Source: Bacteroidia bacterium (lineage in GTDB: Bacteria > Bacteroidota > Bacteroidia > NS11-12g > UBA9320). From it: a DNA stretch of 64,000 nucleotides. Positions 21,076 to 31,206 of the stretch are shown here, one piece after another. Positions within the stretch are counted from its first letter, which is position 1. Every line of letters begins with the position of its first letter. The notes beneath the pieces were generated by a model. It saw nothing but the letters and a program-made list of their open reading frames with translations, was not told the origin of the DNA and did not search any database. The stretch covers positions 128,001-192,000 of the forward strand of contig CBDCFW010000001.1 in NCBI GenBank assembly GCA_965216465.1, in the 5' to 3' direction. Made by a program: the position numbers and the translations under genes.

Positions 21076-21951
21076 ATGAAGATTGCTATTTTATCTCGGA
21101 ATCCTAGGCTTTATTCAACCCGTAGATTGGTTGAAGCCGGTGAGAAAAGAAATCACGAAATGGTGGTACTTGACCACTTGAAATGCGATATTCTTATTGA
21201 GAAAAAGAAGCCTCAGCTCTTTTATAAAGGAGAACCTGTAACTGGATTTGATGCAGTTATTCCTCGTATTGGTGCTTCTGTTACCTTTTATGGAACTGCG
21301 GTTGTTCGCCAGTTCGAAATGATGAAGGTATTTACAACCATCGAATCTCAAGCTTTGGTGCGCTCTCGTGATAAACTGCGATCGCTACAGATTCTAGCCC
21401 GTTCAGGTATTAATCTACCTAAAACAGCGTTTACTGATTTTTCTAAAAGTCCTGAAGGATTGATAGACCGTGTTGGTGGACCTCCCTGCGTAATTAAATT
21501 GCTTGAAGGTACTCAAGGTGTAGGTGTTTTACTAGCAGAAACGGAAAGTGCAGCTCATTCTGTACTTGAAGCTTTTCAAGGAATTAATGCACGTGTAATG
21601 GTGCAAGAGTTCATCAAAGAAGCGAATGGAGCTGATATCCGTGCATTTGTTGTTGACGGTGTTGTTGTTGGAGCCATGAAACGGCAAGGTAAAGAAGGTG
21701 AATTTAGATCCAACTTACATCGTGGAGGTACAGCTTCAATCATTCAATTATCGGACGAGGAAGAAAATGCAGCCCTTAAAGCAGCACGCGTTCTAGGTTT
21801 AGGAATAGCTGGTGTTGATATGCTTCAATCATCAACGGGACCTAAAATTATGGAAGTAAATTCATCTCCAGGTCTAGAAGGCATCGAAGAAGCAACCGGA
21901 AAAGATATAGCTAAAGCTGTTATACGATATGTAGAACGAAATGTCGATTAA
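21076..21951 (+). CDS. rimK: Ribosomal protein S6 glutamate ligase RimK
   Basis: [38 protein letters not shown]. Confidence 0.95.
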   Translation: MKIAILSRNPRLYSTRRLVEAGEKRNHEMVVLDHLKCDILIEKKKPQLFYKGEPVTGFDAVIPRIGASVTFYGTAVVRQFEMMKVFTTIESQALVRSRDKLRSLQILARSGINLPKTAFTDFSKSPEGLIDRVGGPPCVIKLLEGTQGVGVLLAETESAAHSVLEAFQGINARVMVQEFIKEANGADIRAFVVDGVVVGAMKRQGKEGEFRSNLHRGGTASIIQLSDEEENAALKAARVLGLGIAGVDMLQSSTGPKIMEVNSSPGLEGIEEATGKDIAKAVIRYVERNVD

Positions 21952-22912
21952 GCCACTTAGAATCTTAGATACCGAAATAAAACCAGGGAAAACGATTCTT
22001 AAGCTAGACATCGCCAAGCTACATACCCGAACCAAAATAGATGTTCCAATCATCATTCAAAGGGCCAAAAAAGAAGGTCCTACCCTGCTACTTCTTGCTG
22101 GAATTCATGGAAATGAATTAAACGGAGTTGAAATTGTAAGACGAATAGTAAAAGACAAATACAACAAACCACAATGTGGAACCATCATTTGCATTCCCAT
22201 TGTTAATGTGTTTGGATTCTTGAATCAAGAGAGACAATTTCCTGATGGAAGAGACTTAAACCGAATGTTTCCTGGAAGTGCTAAAGGTTCACTCGCAGCT
22301 CGATTTGCTCATACCATTATGAAAGAGGTTGTGCCCCATGCAGATTACATCATTGACTTTCATACCGGTGGAGACCAACGCTTTAACTACTCTCAAATCC
22401 GAATTGATAAAAAAGATCAAGAATGCCTAAAACTAGCCAAGGCATTCGGAGCTAAGTTTATTCTTGACTCTAAAAACAGAGACAAATCACTCCGACAAGC
22501 AGCTCAAGAGCTGGGCAAGAAAGTTCTTCTTTTTGAAGGTGGGAAATCATTGCATCTAGACCGCAAGGTTACACGTACAGGAATTGAAGGTACAATCCGC
22601 GTAATTCATCATCTTGGCCTGCGAAATTTTAGCTCTGAAATTGCAAAAATGGATACGATTGATGACCAATTCCTTATCAGTTCATCACAATGGCTAAGAG
22701 CTCGTCACTCAGGAATGTATCGTAAATCTTTAAACCTTGGGGCCTTCGTTGAAAAAGGACAAAGACTCGGAAGTATATCTGACCCATTCGGAGACTTCGA
22801 AAGACAAGTTAAAGCATCAAAAAGTGGATTTATTATTTGCTCAAACCAATCACCTTTAGTAAACCAGGGTGATGCCCTGATTCACATTGGCTACGATGTT
22901 CAAAAACTTTAA
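21941..22912 (+). CDS. Succinylglutamate desuccinylase/aspartoacylase family protein
   Basis: HGNELNG, DLNR.FPG, DFHTG motifs; usual neighbour of rimK. Confidence 0.9.
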   Translation: MSIKPLRILDTEIKPGKTILKLDIAKLHTRTKIDVPIIIQRAKKEGPTLLLLAGIHGNELNGVEIVRRIVKDKYNKPQCGTIICIPIVNVFGFLNQERQFPDGRDLNRMFPGSAKGSLAARFAHTIMKEVVPHADYIIDFHTGGDQRFNYSQIRIDKKDQECLKLAKAFGAKFILDSKNRDKSLRQAAQELGKKVLLFEGGKSLHLDRKVTRTGIEGTIRVIHHLGLRNFSSEIAKMDTIDDQFLISSSQWLRARHSGMYRKSLNLGAFVEKGQRLGSISDPFGDFERQVKASKSGFIICSNQSPLVNQGDALIHIGYDVQKL

Positions 22913-22915
22913 AGC

Positions 22916-25042
22916 TTAGAGGTTTACACCCATTTCTTCTAGCACTTCATCCGCTTCTCCGAAGTATTTCATTACATAAAGCACGTAACGAATATCCACT
23001 CCGATTGATCGACTGTAGCTTTCATTCCAAGCATAGTCGTTAATGGTTGCGGTATAAGCTCTATCAAAGTTAATTCCGACAATTTGACCTTTACTGTCCA
23101 TAATTGGGCTGCCGCTGTTTCCTCCTGTAGTATCCATATTGTATAAGAAGGCCACAACCACAGAATTGTGCTTAGGATGTTTTAATACATCCGCAGGTTC
23201 TACTTTTTGGAGCTTATCAATAAACTCGGGTTGTAAATAATAATCTTTATTGTCTGAACCTATGCTCTTTTCTAAGATTCCGTTGATTGTTGTAAACGGA
23301 CTAAATACAACAGCATCTTCTGGCTCATATCCCTTAACATATCCATACGTAAAACGTAACGTTGAGTTCGCATCAGGAATAAATTTACCCCCGTTAAGCT
23401 CCATTTCTAAATCATTGAATCGCGGAATAATGGCGTCTATTTCTGCATTAATCTTAATCATCTCACCGCGTATAGCTCCAAATGCCTGATTAATTTCACC
23501 TGCAAACTTCACCATATTCGACTTGTTGCTTAAGAATTTTTTAGACGACGATTTTAACAATTCCATTCCTCCAATAGGGTCTGTAAGCTTAGAATCGTTG
23601 TGCAAACTTCTCGCGTATTCATCAATCTCTTCTTTTGATTTTCCTTCTAATCGTGAATCAAAAATTGCTTTCAATTCAGGCAGCTTTGATTGCGATAAAC
23701 GCTTAAACAACTCAACGAACAAGGTTTGGTCAAGTTCAGCATGTACGCCCATTTGTCGATAAGATCTAAATGCATTGTCTACAGCCTTTCCGTTGCTATC
23801 AACATAGGCTTGTACTTCTTTTTTGCTTAGACCGGATAGTTGATTGTTCACCAGATTATCAATGGTTGCTGCTCCGCCAAATGCTCCTGTTCCATACAAT
23901 TGGAACAAGTATAAGTAGTCGGTACTCAGTTCAAACTTTCGGTTATATAGCTTTTCGTTCTTTTCGAACAATGGAACGTAGCTCGCAAATGCATCACTTT
24001 TTGAAGCAAATGCCTTTAACTCCGCTTGATCTTTATGGGTTTGCTCGATAACATCAGTTCGCATAAGGCCTTGCATTTTGCCTTTGAAGTTCTTTTCTGC
24101 ATTACTTAAACTAGCTAAGGTTCCAGAAAACTTTAACTGAAGAGCTACATCATCACCAGCATAAGCTTTTGTAGCATTGATTCGGTATTCGAACCAATCT
24201 GCAATTATTGGAAGTACGTAATTATTTTGATAGTCAAGAAATTGAGCGGTTTGATTTCTATACGTTCTTCCTGGATATCCTAAAATAAAGGTAAAGTCAC
24301 CTTCTTTTGTTCCTTCTGAACTTACAACCAAATGCTTTTCTGGCTTGTACGGCTTTCCATTTTCATAAGCACGAACAATTGAAAAATCACCATTATGACG
24401 TGGCCACTCCCAATTATCTGTTTCCCCGCCAAACTTACCAATGTTCTTTGGCGGCACATAAACAAGTCTAACGTCATTTAAGGTCTTGTATCGAAAAAGC
24501 GTATACGATTTACCAACAAGCATTTCAGACACTTCGATGGTAAGACCAGGATGATCTTCCTTCTCGGTTTCAACAATTGCCTTGATATTTTTTTGAATCA
24601 GCTTTTGCTTCTCTATTGCATCACTCAATGCATCAACACCGGTTAATACTTCTTCAGAAACATCGCGGTACGATTGGGTAATCTTACAAGGCAAGGTAGT
24701 TTTTAACTCTTTTTCATATGTACTTGCATAAAAGCCATTCTCTAAGTAGTTATTTTCTGGACTACTTTGTGAGGCTACTTGGCTAAACACGCAATGGTGA
24801 TTGGTAATAATCAGCCCTTCGTCCGAAATAAAAGACCCTGTACATCCTCCTAAACGAACCAACGCATTTACCAAGCTTGGTTTTTCTTCATTATAGATTT
24901 CATCGATGTCAATCGACAAACCTGCTTTTTTCAAATCAAGCTTTGAAAGATGGCTCATCGGAAAAATTCCTTCTTCGCTTTTATCGGCCTTGAATCCAAT
25001 CAAAAGACCAATCACAAATAGTAATGCTATACCTTTTTTCAT
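22916..25042 (-). CDS. S46 family dipeptidyl peptidase
   Basis: GCTGSF, TNHHC, DNWEWPRH.GDF, DTTGGNSGSP. Confidence 0.93.
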   Translation of the reverse strand: MKKGIALLFVIGLLIGFKADKSEEGIFPMSHLSKLDLKKAGLSIDIDEIYNEEKPSLVNALVRLGGCTGSFISDEGLIITNHHCVFSQVASQSSPENNYLENGFYASTYEKELKTTLPCKITQSYRDVSEEVLTGVDALSDAIEKQKLIQKNIKAIVETEKEDHPGLTIEVSEMLVGKSYTLFRYKTLNDVRLVYVPPKNIGKFGGETDNWEWPRHNGDFSIVRAYENGKPYKPEKHLVVSSEGTKEGDFTFILGYPGRTYRNQTAQFLDYQNNYVLPIIADWFEYRINATKAYAGDDVALQLKFSGTLASLSNAEKNFKGKMQGLMRTDVIEQTHKDQAELKAFASKSDAFASYVPLFEKNEKLYNRKFELSTDYLYLFQLYGTGAFGGAATIDNLVNNQLSGLSKKEVQAYVDSNGKAVDNAFRSYRQMGVHAELDQTLFVELFKRLSQSKLPELKAIFDSRLEGKSKEEIDEYARSLHNDSKLTDPIGGMELLKSSSKKFLSNKSNMVKFAGEINQAFGAIRGEMIKINAEIDAIIPRFNDLEMELNGGKFIPDANSTLRFTYGYVKGYEPEDAVVFSPFTTINGILEKSIGSDNKDYYLQPEFIDKLQKVEPADVLKHPKHNSVVVAFLYNMDTTGGNSGSPIMDSKGQIVGINFDRAYTATINDYAWNESYSRSIGVDIRYVLYVMKYFGEADEVLEEMGVNL

Positions 25043-25075
25043 ATTTAAATAAATGTCGAGTATGAACTCTTGGGG

Positions 25076-25804
25076 TTAAATGTATGAGGCTTTAATAAAA
25101 TTGGTTAGCCTCTCGTTACCTGAATTTCGAATGTCTTTAACTGCTCCTTGCCACTCGTTAAACCCTTCGTAGATGAATATTACATCATCTCCAATGTCAA
25201 AGACAGTCTTCATATCGTGGGTGTTAATTATCGTTGTAATATTAAACTCTTCTGTAATATCTTTCAATAAAGAATCGATAACCCGCGATGTTACCGGGTC
25301 TAAACCCGAATTTGGTTCGTCGCAGAACAGGTATTTGATATCTAAAGCTATTGCTCGGGCGATACCTACCCTTTTCTTCATTCCACCACTAATTTCAGCA
25401 GGAAATTTGTCGTTTATACCTGATAGGTCTACTTGCTGAAGACAGAAATCAACTCGCTCTCTACGCTCAGCAGCTGTCATTTTGGTAAACATTTTAAGCG
25501 AGAATTCAACGTTTTGCTCTACCGTTAACGAATCGAAGAGGGCCGTACCTTGAAATAACATCCCAATCTCTCTTCTTACTTCTCTTTTTTCTTTGTAAGG
25601 AAGATAGGTAAAGTCTCGATTGTCATAAACAATATGGCCTTCCGATGGCGTAACCAATCCAACCATACACTTCATTAATACACTCTTTCCGTGACCACTT
25701 GCTCCAATAACAAGGTTAACTTTTCCGGGTTCGAACTTGGTCGATATTCCCTTGAGCACTTCTTTATCTTCAAAAGACTTGTGTATGTTATTCAATTCTA
25801 TCAT
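25076..25804 (-). CDS. mlaF: MlaF-like ABC ATP-binding protein
   Basis: GASGHGKS, ISGGMKKR, DEPNSGLDP; adjacent to the MlaE-like gene. Confidence 0.85.
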   Translation of the reverse strand: MIELNNIHKSFEDKEVLKGISTKFEPGKVNLVIGASGHGKSVLMKCMVGLVTPSEGHIVYDNRDFTYLPYKEKREVRREIGMLFQGTALFDSLTVEQNVEFSLKMFTKMTAAERRERVDFCLQQVDLSGINDKFPAEISGGMKKRVGIARAIALDIKYLFCDEPNSGLDPVTSRVIDSLLKDITEEFNITTIINTHDMKTVFDIGDDVIFIYEGFNEWQGAVKDIRNSGNERLTNFIKASYI

Positions 25805-26571
25805 AGCATCAATTGAGATAAGAGGTAATCAGAGAATAAAATGGCAACTGCACTGTATACAACCGCCTTGGTGCTGCTTGCTCCAACTTCGAGTGCTCCG
25901 CCCTGGGTAAAATATCCATGAAATGCAGATACCGAAGTTATTATGAACGCATACGTAAATGCTTTCACCAATGAAAAGAGTAAGTTAAATGGGAGAAATG
26001 ATTCTCTTGCTCCTTGCAGGTATTCTTGTCGAGTTAAAATCCCCGATGCTTCACCGGCAATAATTCCGCCGACATTACTCAAGAAAATTGAGATGATAAC
26101 AAGGCATGGAATCATAATTACACCAGCTACAATTTTAGGCAAGGCCAAGAAGCCACTTGAATTAATCCCCATCACTTCTAAAGCATCAATTTGCTCACTT
26201 ACGCGCATCGTTCCAATTTCGGATGCTATATGCGATCCTACCTTTCCCGCTAAAACCAAACAAGTTATAGTAGGTGCAAGTTCTAGCATTGATGAATCAC
26301 TCACAATAGATCCAATTACAGGATTTGCTACAAGTGGAGAAATCAACTGATAGGCAATTTGTAAGGTAGTTACTGCTCCTTGAAATATGGCAATAATTAC
26401 AACAATAGCCAAAGACCCTATACCAATATTGTTCATTTCGGTAAGGGTTCGATCTATATATACACTTCTTTTCTCAGGCCTTGAAAACATGCCTTTGAGG
26501 AAGATTAAGTATCGTCCAAATTGATAGAATAATTTCAAATCGGCGGTAAATATAAGAACTACAAACTTCAA
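25801..26571 (-). CDS. mlaE: MlaE family ABC permease (start uncertain)
   Basis: ELAP...LAGKVGS..ASEIGTMRVSEQIDALEVMG. Confidence 0.9.
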   Translation of the reverse strand: MKFVVLIFTADLKLFYQFGRYLIFLKGMFSRPEKRSVYIDRTLTEMNNIGIGSLAIVVIIAIFQGAVTTLQIAYQLISPLVANPVIGSIVSDSSMLELAPTITCLVLAGKVGSHIASEIGTMRVSEQIDALEVMGINSSGFLALPKIVAGVIMIPCLVIISIFLSNVGGIIAGEASGILTRQEYLQGARESFLPFNLLFSLVKAFTYAFIITSVSAFHGYFTQGGALEVGASSTKAVVYSAVAILFSDYLLSQLML

Positions 26572-26637
26572 GGCACAGAATTACTATACAGGATGTTTAA
26601 ATTGTTCTACACAAAGGATAAACGTATCTTTGAAGCG

Positions 26638-27316
26638 ATGTCAAAAATTGCAGTTGTTACAGGCGGAACTAAAGGAATTGGAAGAGCTATTTGCGAAGAA
26701 TTATTAGCTCAGGGATTTACAGTTTTTACTTCAGCCAGAAGCGTTGATCCCCTTTTTGATCACCCTCAAGTACGTCAATATGGAGCTGATCTGTCGCAGA
26801 AGGAGAACGTTCTATCTTTTGCCGGTTGGGTTAAGGAGCATGTTAACCATATTGATATATTGGTCAATAATGTTGGTGTTTTTTTGCCAGGAAGTATAAT
26901 TGATGAAGAGGAAGGAGTATTCGAACAGCAGATTAACACCAATTTAGCATCTACTTATCACTTAACGCGAGCATTGATTGACCGCATTCGTAAAAGTGAA
27001 AAGGCCTATATATTTAACATCTGCTCAACAGCAAGTATAACCGCTTATACCAATGGAGGTTCGTATTGTATTTCGAAATATGCTCAGCTAGGCTTGACCA
27101 AAGGTGCTGCGTGAAGAGTTAAAATCGGAGAAAATTGCCGTCTCAGCTGTTTTACCCGGAGCTACATTCACCAATTCTTGGGAAGGCTCTGATTTGCCAC
27201 AAGAGCGTTTTATAAATCCACGTTCCATTGCTCAACTGATTTGGGCCGCTTATAAAGTGGCACCTGAAACGGTGATGGAGGAAATCCTAGTGAGGCCAAT
27301 GGATGGCGACATATAA
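26638..27316 (+). pseudogene. SDR family oxidoreductase with a 1-nt frameshift near 27100-27104 (real or assembly error)
   Basis: TGGTKGIG, NNVG and YCISK motifs. Deleting one base gives TKVLREELK and fuses the two ORFs. TATCTTTG promoter box at 26625-26632. Confidence 0.85.
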
Positions 27317-27408
27317 GGTTATTTGTTGCCTTGAGATGACAATTTGTGAAATATTTACTGTGTAATTTTGAAGAATAATTTAATTTTGGCGCAATTTAAA
27401 AACAAGAA

Positions 27409-28760
27409 ATGAAAAAATTTACGTAATACTAGCATCAGCTATGTTTTTGAGCCTTGGATCCATGGCTCAACAAATTGCTAAACCTGTTAGTGGGTTAGAG
27501 ATTGTAAAGAGTGAGTATACTCCACTTCCTTACGAAAAACCTGTAGGAAATCAGAAAAACAAAGCAATTGAATCAGGATGGTTAAGTCCTGTAAGCATGT
27601 GGGAAGCTCAAGGAGCATTTTGGCAACAGTCTTCTTTCATGAGATTATTCCAAGACTCTACTGTAGTTATCAATCCTGCAGATGGTAGTGATGCGTTTCA
27701 CCAACCATGGCATGTAATGGGTACTGTTTTTGAACCAACAGAACCTTTCTACAAAGAGCAAACTTCAACTTCTTGGTTGATGAACAGATACGACACTTAT
27801 GATGTGGATTCTGTAAGATTTATTTTTGGATACTTTAGAGATACCGATTCAATGGACATTAATGGTACAATGACTGAGATTGTTGATACTGTTATTCTAC
27901 ATTACTACAATGCATCTGACTTATCAAGATGGTACATTGGAACTGTTGGTAACTGGGAAGATCACGTATTTACTGCTCCAATTGGCAGCGACTACAACCC
28001 AGCTAGTCCTGGTCCAAGTGGTAACGTTTGGAACGATACTATTTTATTAACTGCTGACGCAGCTACTCCAACAAACGATCAAGGTCAATTTACTCCAAGA
28101 TTACTTCGTTTAGAAGTTCCTTCAGATGTTAAAACAGTAACTAACAATGCTCAGCTTAACGGTGCACATACAGTAGGTCTTTCTCTTACATACAGAACAA
28201 TGCAGAACTACGAGTTTGGTGACACACTTGACAACTTCGATGAGAGCATTGAGGTTACTAACAAGCTTAACACTTTCGGAACTATTGTTTATTACAACGA
28301 AGGTGCTGAAATTCAACAAGATAGATACGCTAACAACTCATTCGTTACGAACAGACAAGTGGTTGCTGGTGACTTATTTGCTAATACTTTTAGAGGATAC
28401 CTTCCTACTACAGCTTCAATGGGATGGCAACAAGATTTCTTCCTAGATGCTGACTTCTACGTTTCAGTTGATAATCCAGCTTACGTTGAGAAAGTTGAAA
28501 ATACTTTAGGATTAAAAGCTTATCCAAATCCTGCTACATCAGGACAAGATATCGTTGTTTCAGTTGACGAAAATGCATCAGTAAGCGATGTAACTATCGT
28601 TATGACTGACTTATTAGGAAATGTAATTAACAATGACTTTACTGCAATTGGAGATAACAAATACAGTGTTTCTTCTACTGGTTTAGCTAACGGTGTTTAC
28701 TTGGTAAACGTTAAAGCTAACAACGCTGCAGGAACAGTTAGAATTGTTATTGCTGACTAA
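27409..28760 (+). CDS. T9SS-secreted protein; signal peptide frameshifted at an A6 run (27412-27417)
   Basis: Adding one A gives MKKIYVILASAMFLSLGSMA. C-terminal YPNP...DLLG...GVYLV sorting domain. Confidence 0.8.
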
Positions 28761-28779
28761 TTCTAATCAAACGAAATTG

Positions 28780-28810
28780 AAAAGGAGCGACGATGTCGCT
28801 CCTTTTTTTT
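28780..28810 (+). terminator. Intrinsic terminator
   Basis: AAAAGGAGCGAC/GTCGCTCCTTTT stem followed by a T-tract. Confidence 0.85.
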
Positions 28811-28904
28811 GTCAATTATTTTGGGTCGATGCTCAATTGGTTTGAGCTCAATCTTGTATTCGCTCCAATCATTTTCTACCTTAGAAACACCTAATCCAAT
28901 TGAC

Positions 28905-30236
28905 ATGAAAATCCGAATCTTACCTACCCTTTTTCTAGCAAGTCTGTTTTTCTTTTCGAGTGCACAGAAGCTTGTACCACCTGATTTAAATGAACATTCT
29001 AAGCAAGTCATAATTGACGTCCCTCTTCAACCGGAACTTAAGAACAAGTGGGGCTCTCTAGGTTGGTTAAGCCCAGTTAGCATGTGGGAAGCACAAGGAG
29101 CATTCTGGCAAGGGTCCACATTAACACTCTTGTTTCCTGATTCAACCGTTTTAATCAATTTATCAGATACAGCTGCCTATCCAATTAATACACATCTAAT
29201 TGGAACGGTCTTTGAACCAACAGAACCATTTTATAAAGAGCTATCTCGAGATCAAAGACTTGTAAGTAGAATTTCGCCATACCATGTTGATTCCGTACGT
29301 TTTAAGTTTGGTTATTTCAGAAATGTTGACTCAATTATTGTCAATCAAGTTAAAACTGAGGTTGTGGACACTTGTGTTGTTCACTTTTATAATTCTGATA
29401 ATCTTCAAAGATGGTATGTTGGAATAGCGGGCAACTGGGAAGATCATGTATTTACCATTCCCAACGAAAATGATTTTAATGCAAGGGCCTCGGGTCCCAT
29501 GGAAAACATTTGGAACGACACAATTTTATTAACGAAATCTATTGCTACACCCATATACAATCAAGGTTACTTTATGGCTAAATCTGTTGCTATCGCAATC
29601 CCATACAATGTTCGCGAAATTCCTCCTAACATAAACTTGGATGGGGCTCAAACAATTGGTGTATCTATAATATATAAGCCTATGCAGGTATACCAAAAAG
29701 GTGATACGCTTATAAATTTTGACACAACTCTTCATGTCAAAAATAAGCTAAACTCCTTCGGAACAATAACTTATGCCAATGAAGGAACTCCGATCACCCA
29801 AAATAGGTTTGCGAATAATTCATTTATAACTAATACTAAATTACTGAGTGGAGGCTTGTATAAAAGTCTTAAAGGGTATTATCCAACTTTAAAGAACTTT
29901 AGTTGGAATACGGATGTATTTTTTGATGCTGAGTTCTGCATTGAAACATTTGGGAATATAGATGATGACAAAATTCTCCATCTAACAATACAAGCCTCTC
30001 CCAACCCTATCCAACAAGGAGAGCTTCTAAATCTTCAAGTCGACCAAAATGTAGCAATTTCAGAATTTGATGTAAGCCTGCATAACCTACTCGGTGCAAA
30101 AGTAGATGTAAATGTAATTCCTAAGGGAAATAATAAGTTCTGCCTAGAAACGAACTCGCTGGTGCCCGGCGTTTATTTTGTATCCATCAATACTCTAGGT
30201 GCCAATGGAACGTACAAACTCACTGTTATGCGTTAA
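28905..30236 (+). CDS. T9SS-secreted protein, tandem paralog of 27409-28760
   Basis: Shares GWLSPVSMWEAQGAFWQ, GTVFEPTEPFYKE and GNWEDHVFT; SPNP...GVYFV sorting domain. Confidence 0.82.
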   Translation: MKIRILPTLFLASLFFFSSAQKLVPPDLNEHSKQVIIDVPLQPELKNKWGSLGWLSPVSMWEAQGAFWQGSTLTLLFPDSTVLINLSDTAAYPINTHLIGTVFEPTEPFYKELSRDQRLVSRISPYHVDSVRFKFGYFRNVDSIIVNQVKTEVVDTCVVHFYNSDNLQRWYVGIAGNWEDHVFTIPNENDFNARASGPMENIWNDTILLTKSIATPIYNQGYFMAKSVAIAIPYNVREIPPNINLDGAQTIGVSIIYKPMQVYQKGDTLINFDTTLHVKNKLNSFGTITYANEGTPITQNRFANNSFITNTKLLSGGLYKSLKGYYPTLKNFSWNTDVFFDAEFCIETFGNIDDDKILHLTIQASPNPIQQGELLNLQVDQNVAISEFDVSLHNLLGAKVDVNVIPKGNNKFCLETNSLVPGVYFVSINTLGANGTYKLTVMR

Positions 30237-30817
30237 AATATTCCTATTGTTGGGGTGTTGATGATGTCTTCAACAGATGGACTTCCATCCAATATATCAT
30301 CCTTTAACCCATTTAGTGTGTCTTTTGTTTCCTTGCTCAAAACCTCCTGCATTTCTTCAATAAAATCACCAGAAACTACAATGGGTGAATGCTCGTAAAG
30401 CAATCCACCGTTTTCAACAATACCGCTTACGTTATATTCATTGCACAACCGAACTTCTTTGCCGGTAAAGGTGCATCTTTCGGTCCATGCAGCGATATCG
30501 TACCGCTCAGCGGCATGCAAATAGTCAAGCTTCATGATTACATTTTCATTGTACGATTGATACAACTCTACAATGCTTTGCTTCGATTCTTCAGAAATCT
30601 CACCACTCATGTTCGATACACAGTCCCAGCAAATAGCATATTCATAAACAATTTCTGATTTATTCAATACCTTATTCTGCTTAATCACTTTCTCTACCGC
30701 ATATCGCTCAGCATCAGCTAAACCGTTGCCACACAACGAACAATGCTCGAATGGCTCACCTGTATCATAACTCTTAAAGAGGTCAGGAATAGAATCACTT
30801 AAAAATTTTCGAATCAT
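30233..30817 (-). CDS. Hypothetical Cys-rich (CxxC) protein
   Basis: 194 aa with CSLC, CWDC and further Cys residues. Confidence 0.65.
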   Translation of the reverse strand: MIRKFLSDSIPDLFKSYDTGEPFEHCSLCGNGLADAERYAVEKVIKQNKVLNKSEIVYEYAICWDCVSNMSGEISEESKQSIVELYQSYNENVIMKLDYLHAAERYDIAAWTERCTFTGKEVRLCNEYNVSGIVENGGLLYEHSPIVVSGDFIEEMQEVLSKETKDTLNGLKDDILDGSPSVEDIINTPTIGIF

Positions 30818-30865
30818 ATAAACTTTACTTCGGTAAAAGTATTACTTTTGCAAAAATTTTTAGCA

Positions 30866-31135
30866 ATGGGCGTTACAAGATTAGAAAGAAAAGGTAGAAA
30901 AAATAAAACTGTAGCAAAGGTTAGAGTTGCAACTATCAAGAGATTGAAAAGAAAGGTTACTGTTGAGTCGCCTAACAAAGAAGAATCAGGAGTTGTTGTT
31001 GGAGACGTAATGGACGTGCTTAACAACATGAACAGCAAGCCAGCTAAAAAAGCTCCTAAAGCTAAGAAAGAAGAAGCACCAGCGGTAGAAGAAGCTCCTG
31101 TAGCTGAAGCAGCTGGAAGCGGTGAAGAAGAATAA
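30866..31135 (+). CDS. Small protein with a basic N-terminus and an acidic/Ala-rich tail
   Basis: MGVTRLERKGRKNK...; TACTTTTG promoter box at 30843-30850 and its own terminator; codon usage typical of highly expressed genes. Confidence 0.75.
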   Translation: MGVTRLERKGRKNKTVAKVRVATIKRLKRKVTVESPNKEESGVVVGDVMDVLNNMNSKPAKKAPKAKKEEAPAVEEAPVAEAAGSGEEE

Positions 31136-31156
31136 AATACCAATATTTATAAATAG

Positions 31157-31187
31157 AAAAAGCCTCAGCAAATGCTGAGGCTTTTTT
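31157..31187. terminator. Bidirectional intrinsic terminator
   Basis: AAAAAGCCTCAGCA/TGCTGAGGCTTTTT between convergent genes. Confidence 0.85.
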
Positions 31188-31206
31188 ATTATCATCTTAT
31201 TTCAGC

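Noticed and set aside
21076-22912. rimK plus deacylase as a novel peptide-modification system
   Set aside because: This is a well-known conserved pairing, and no precursor peptide gene is nearby.
30814-31195. Minus-strand ORFs of 109 and 69 aa
   Set aside because: They are shadows of the plus-strand gene at 30866-31135, which has a promoter, terminator and codon bias.
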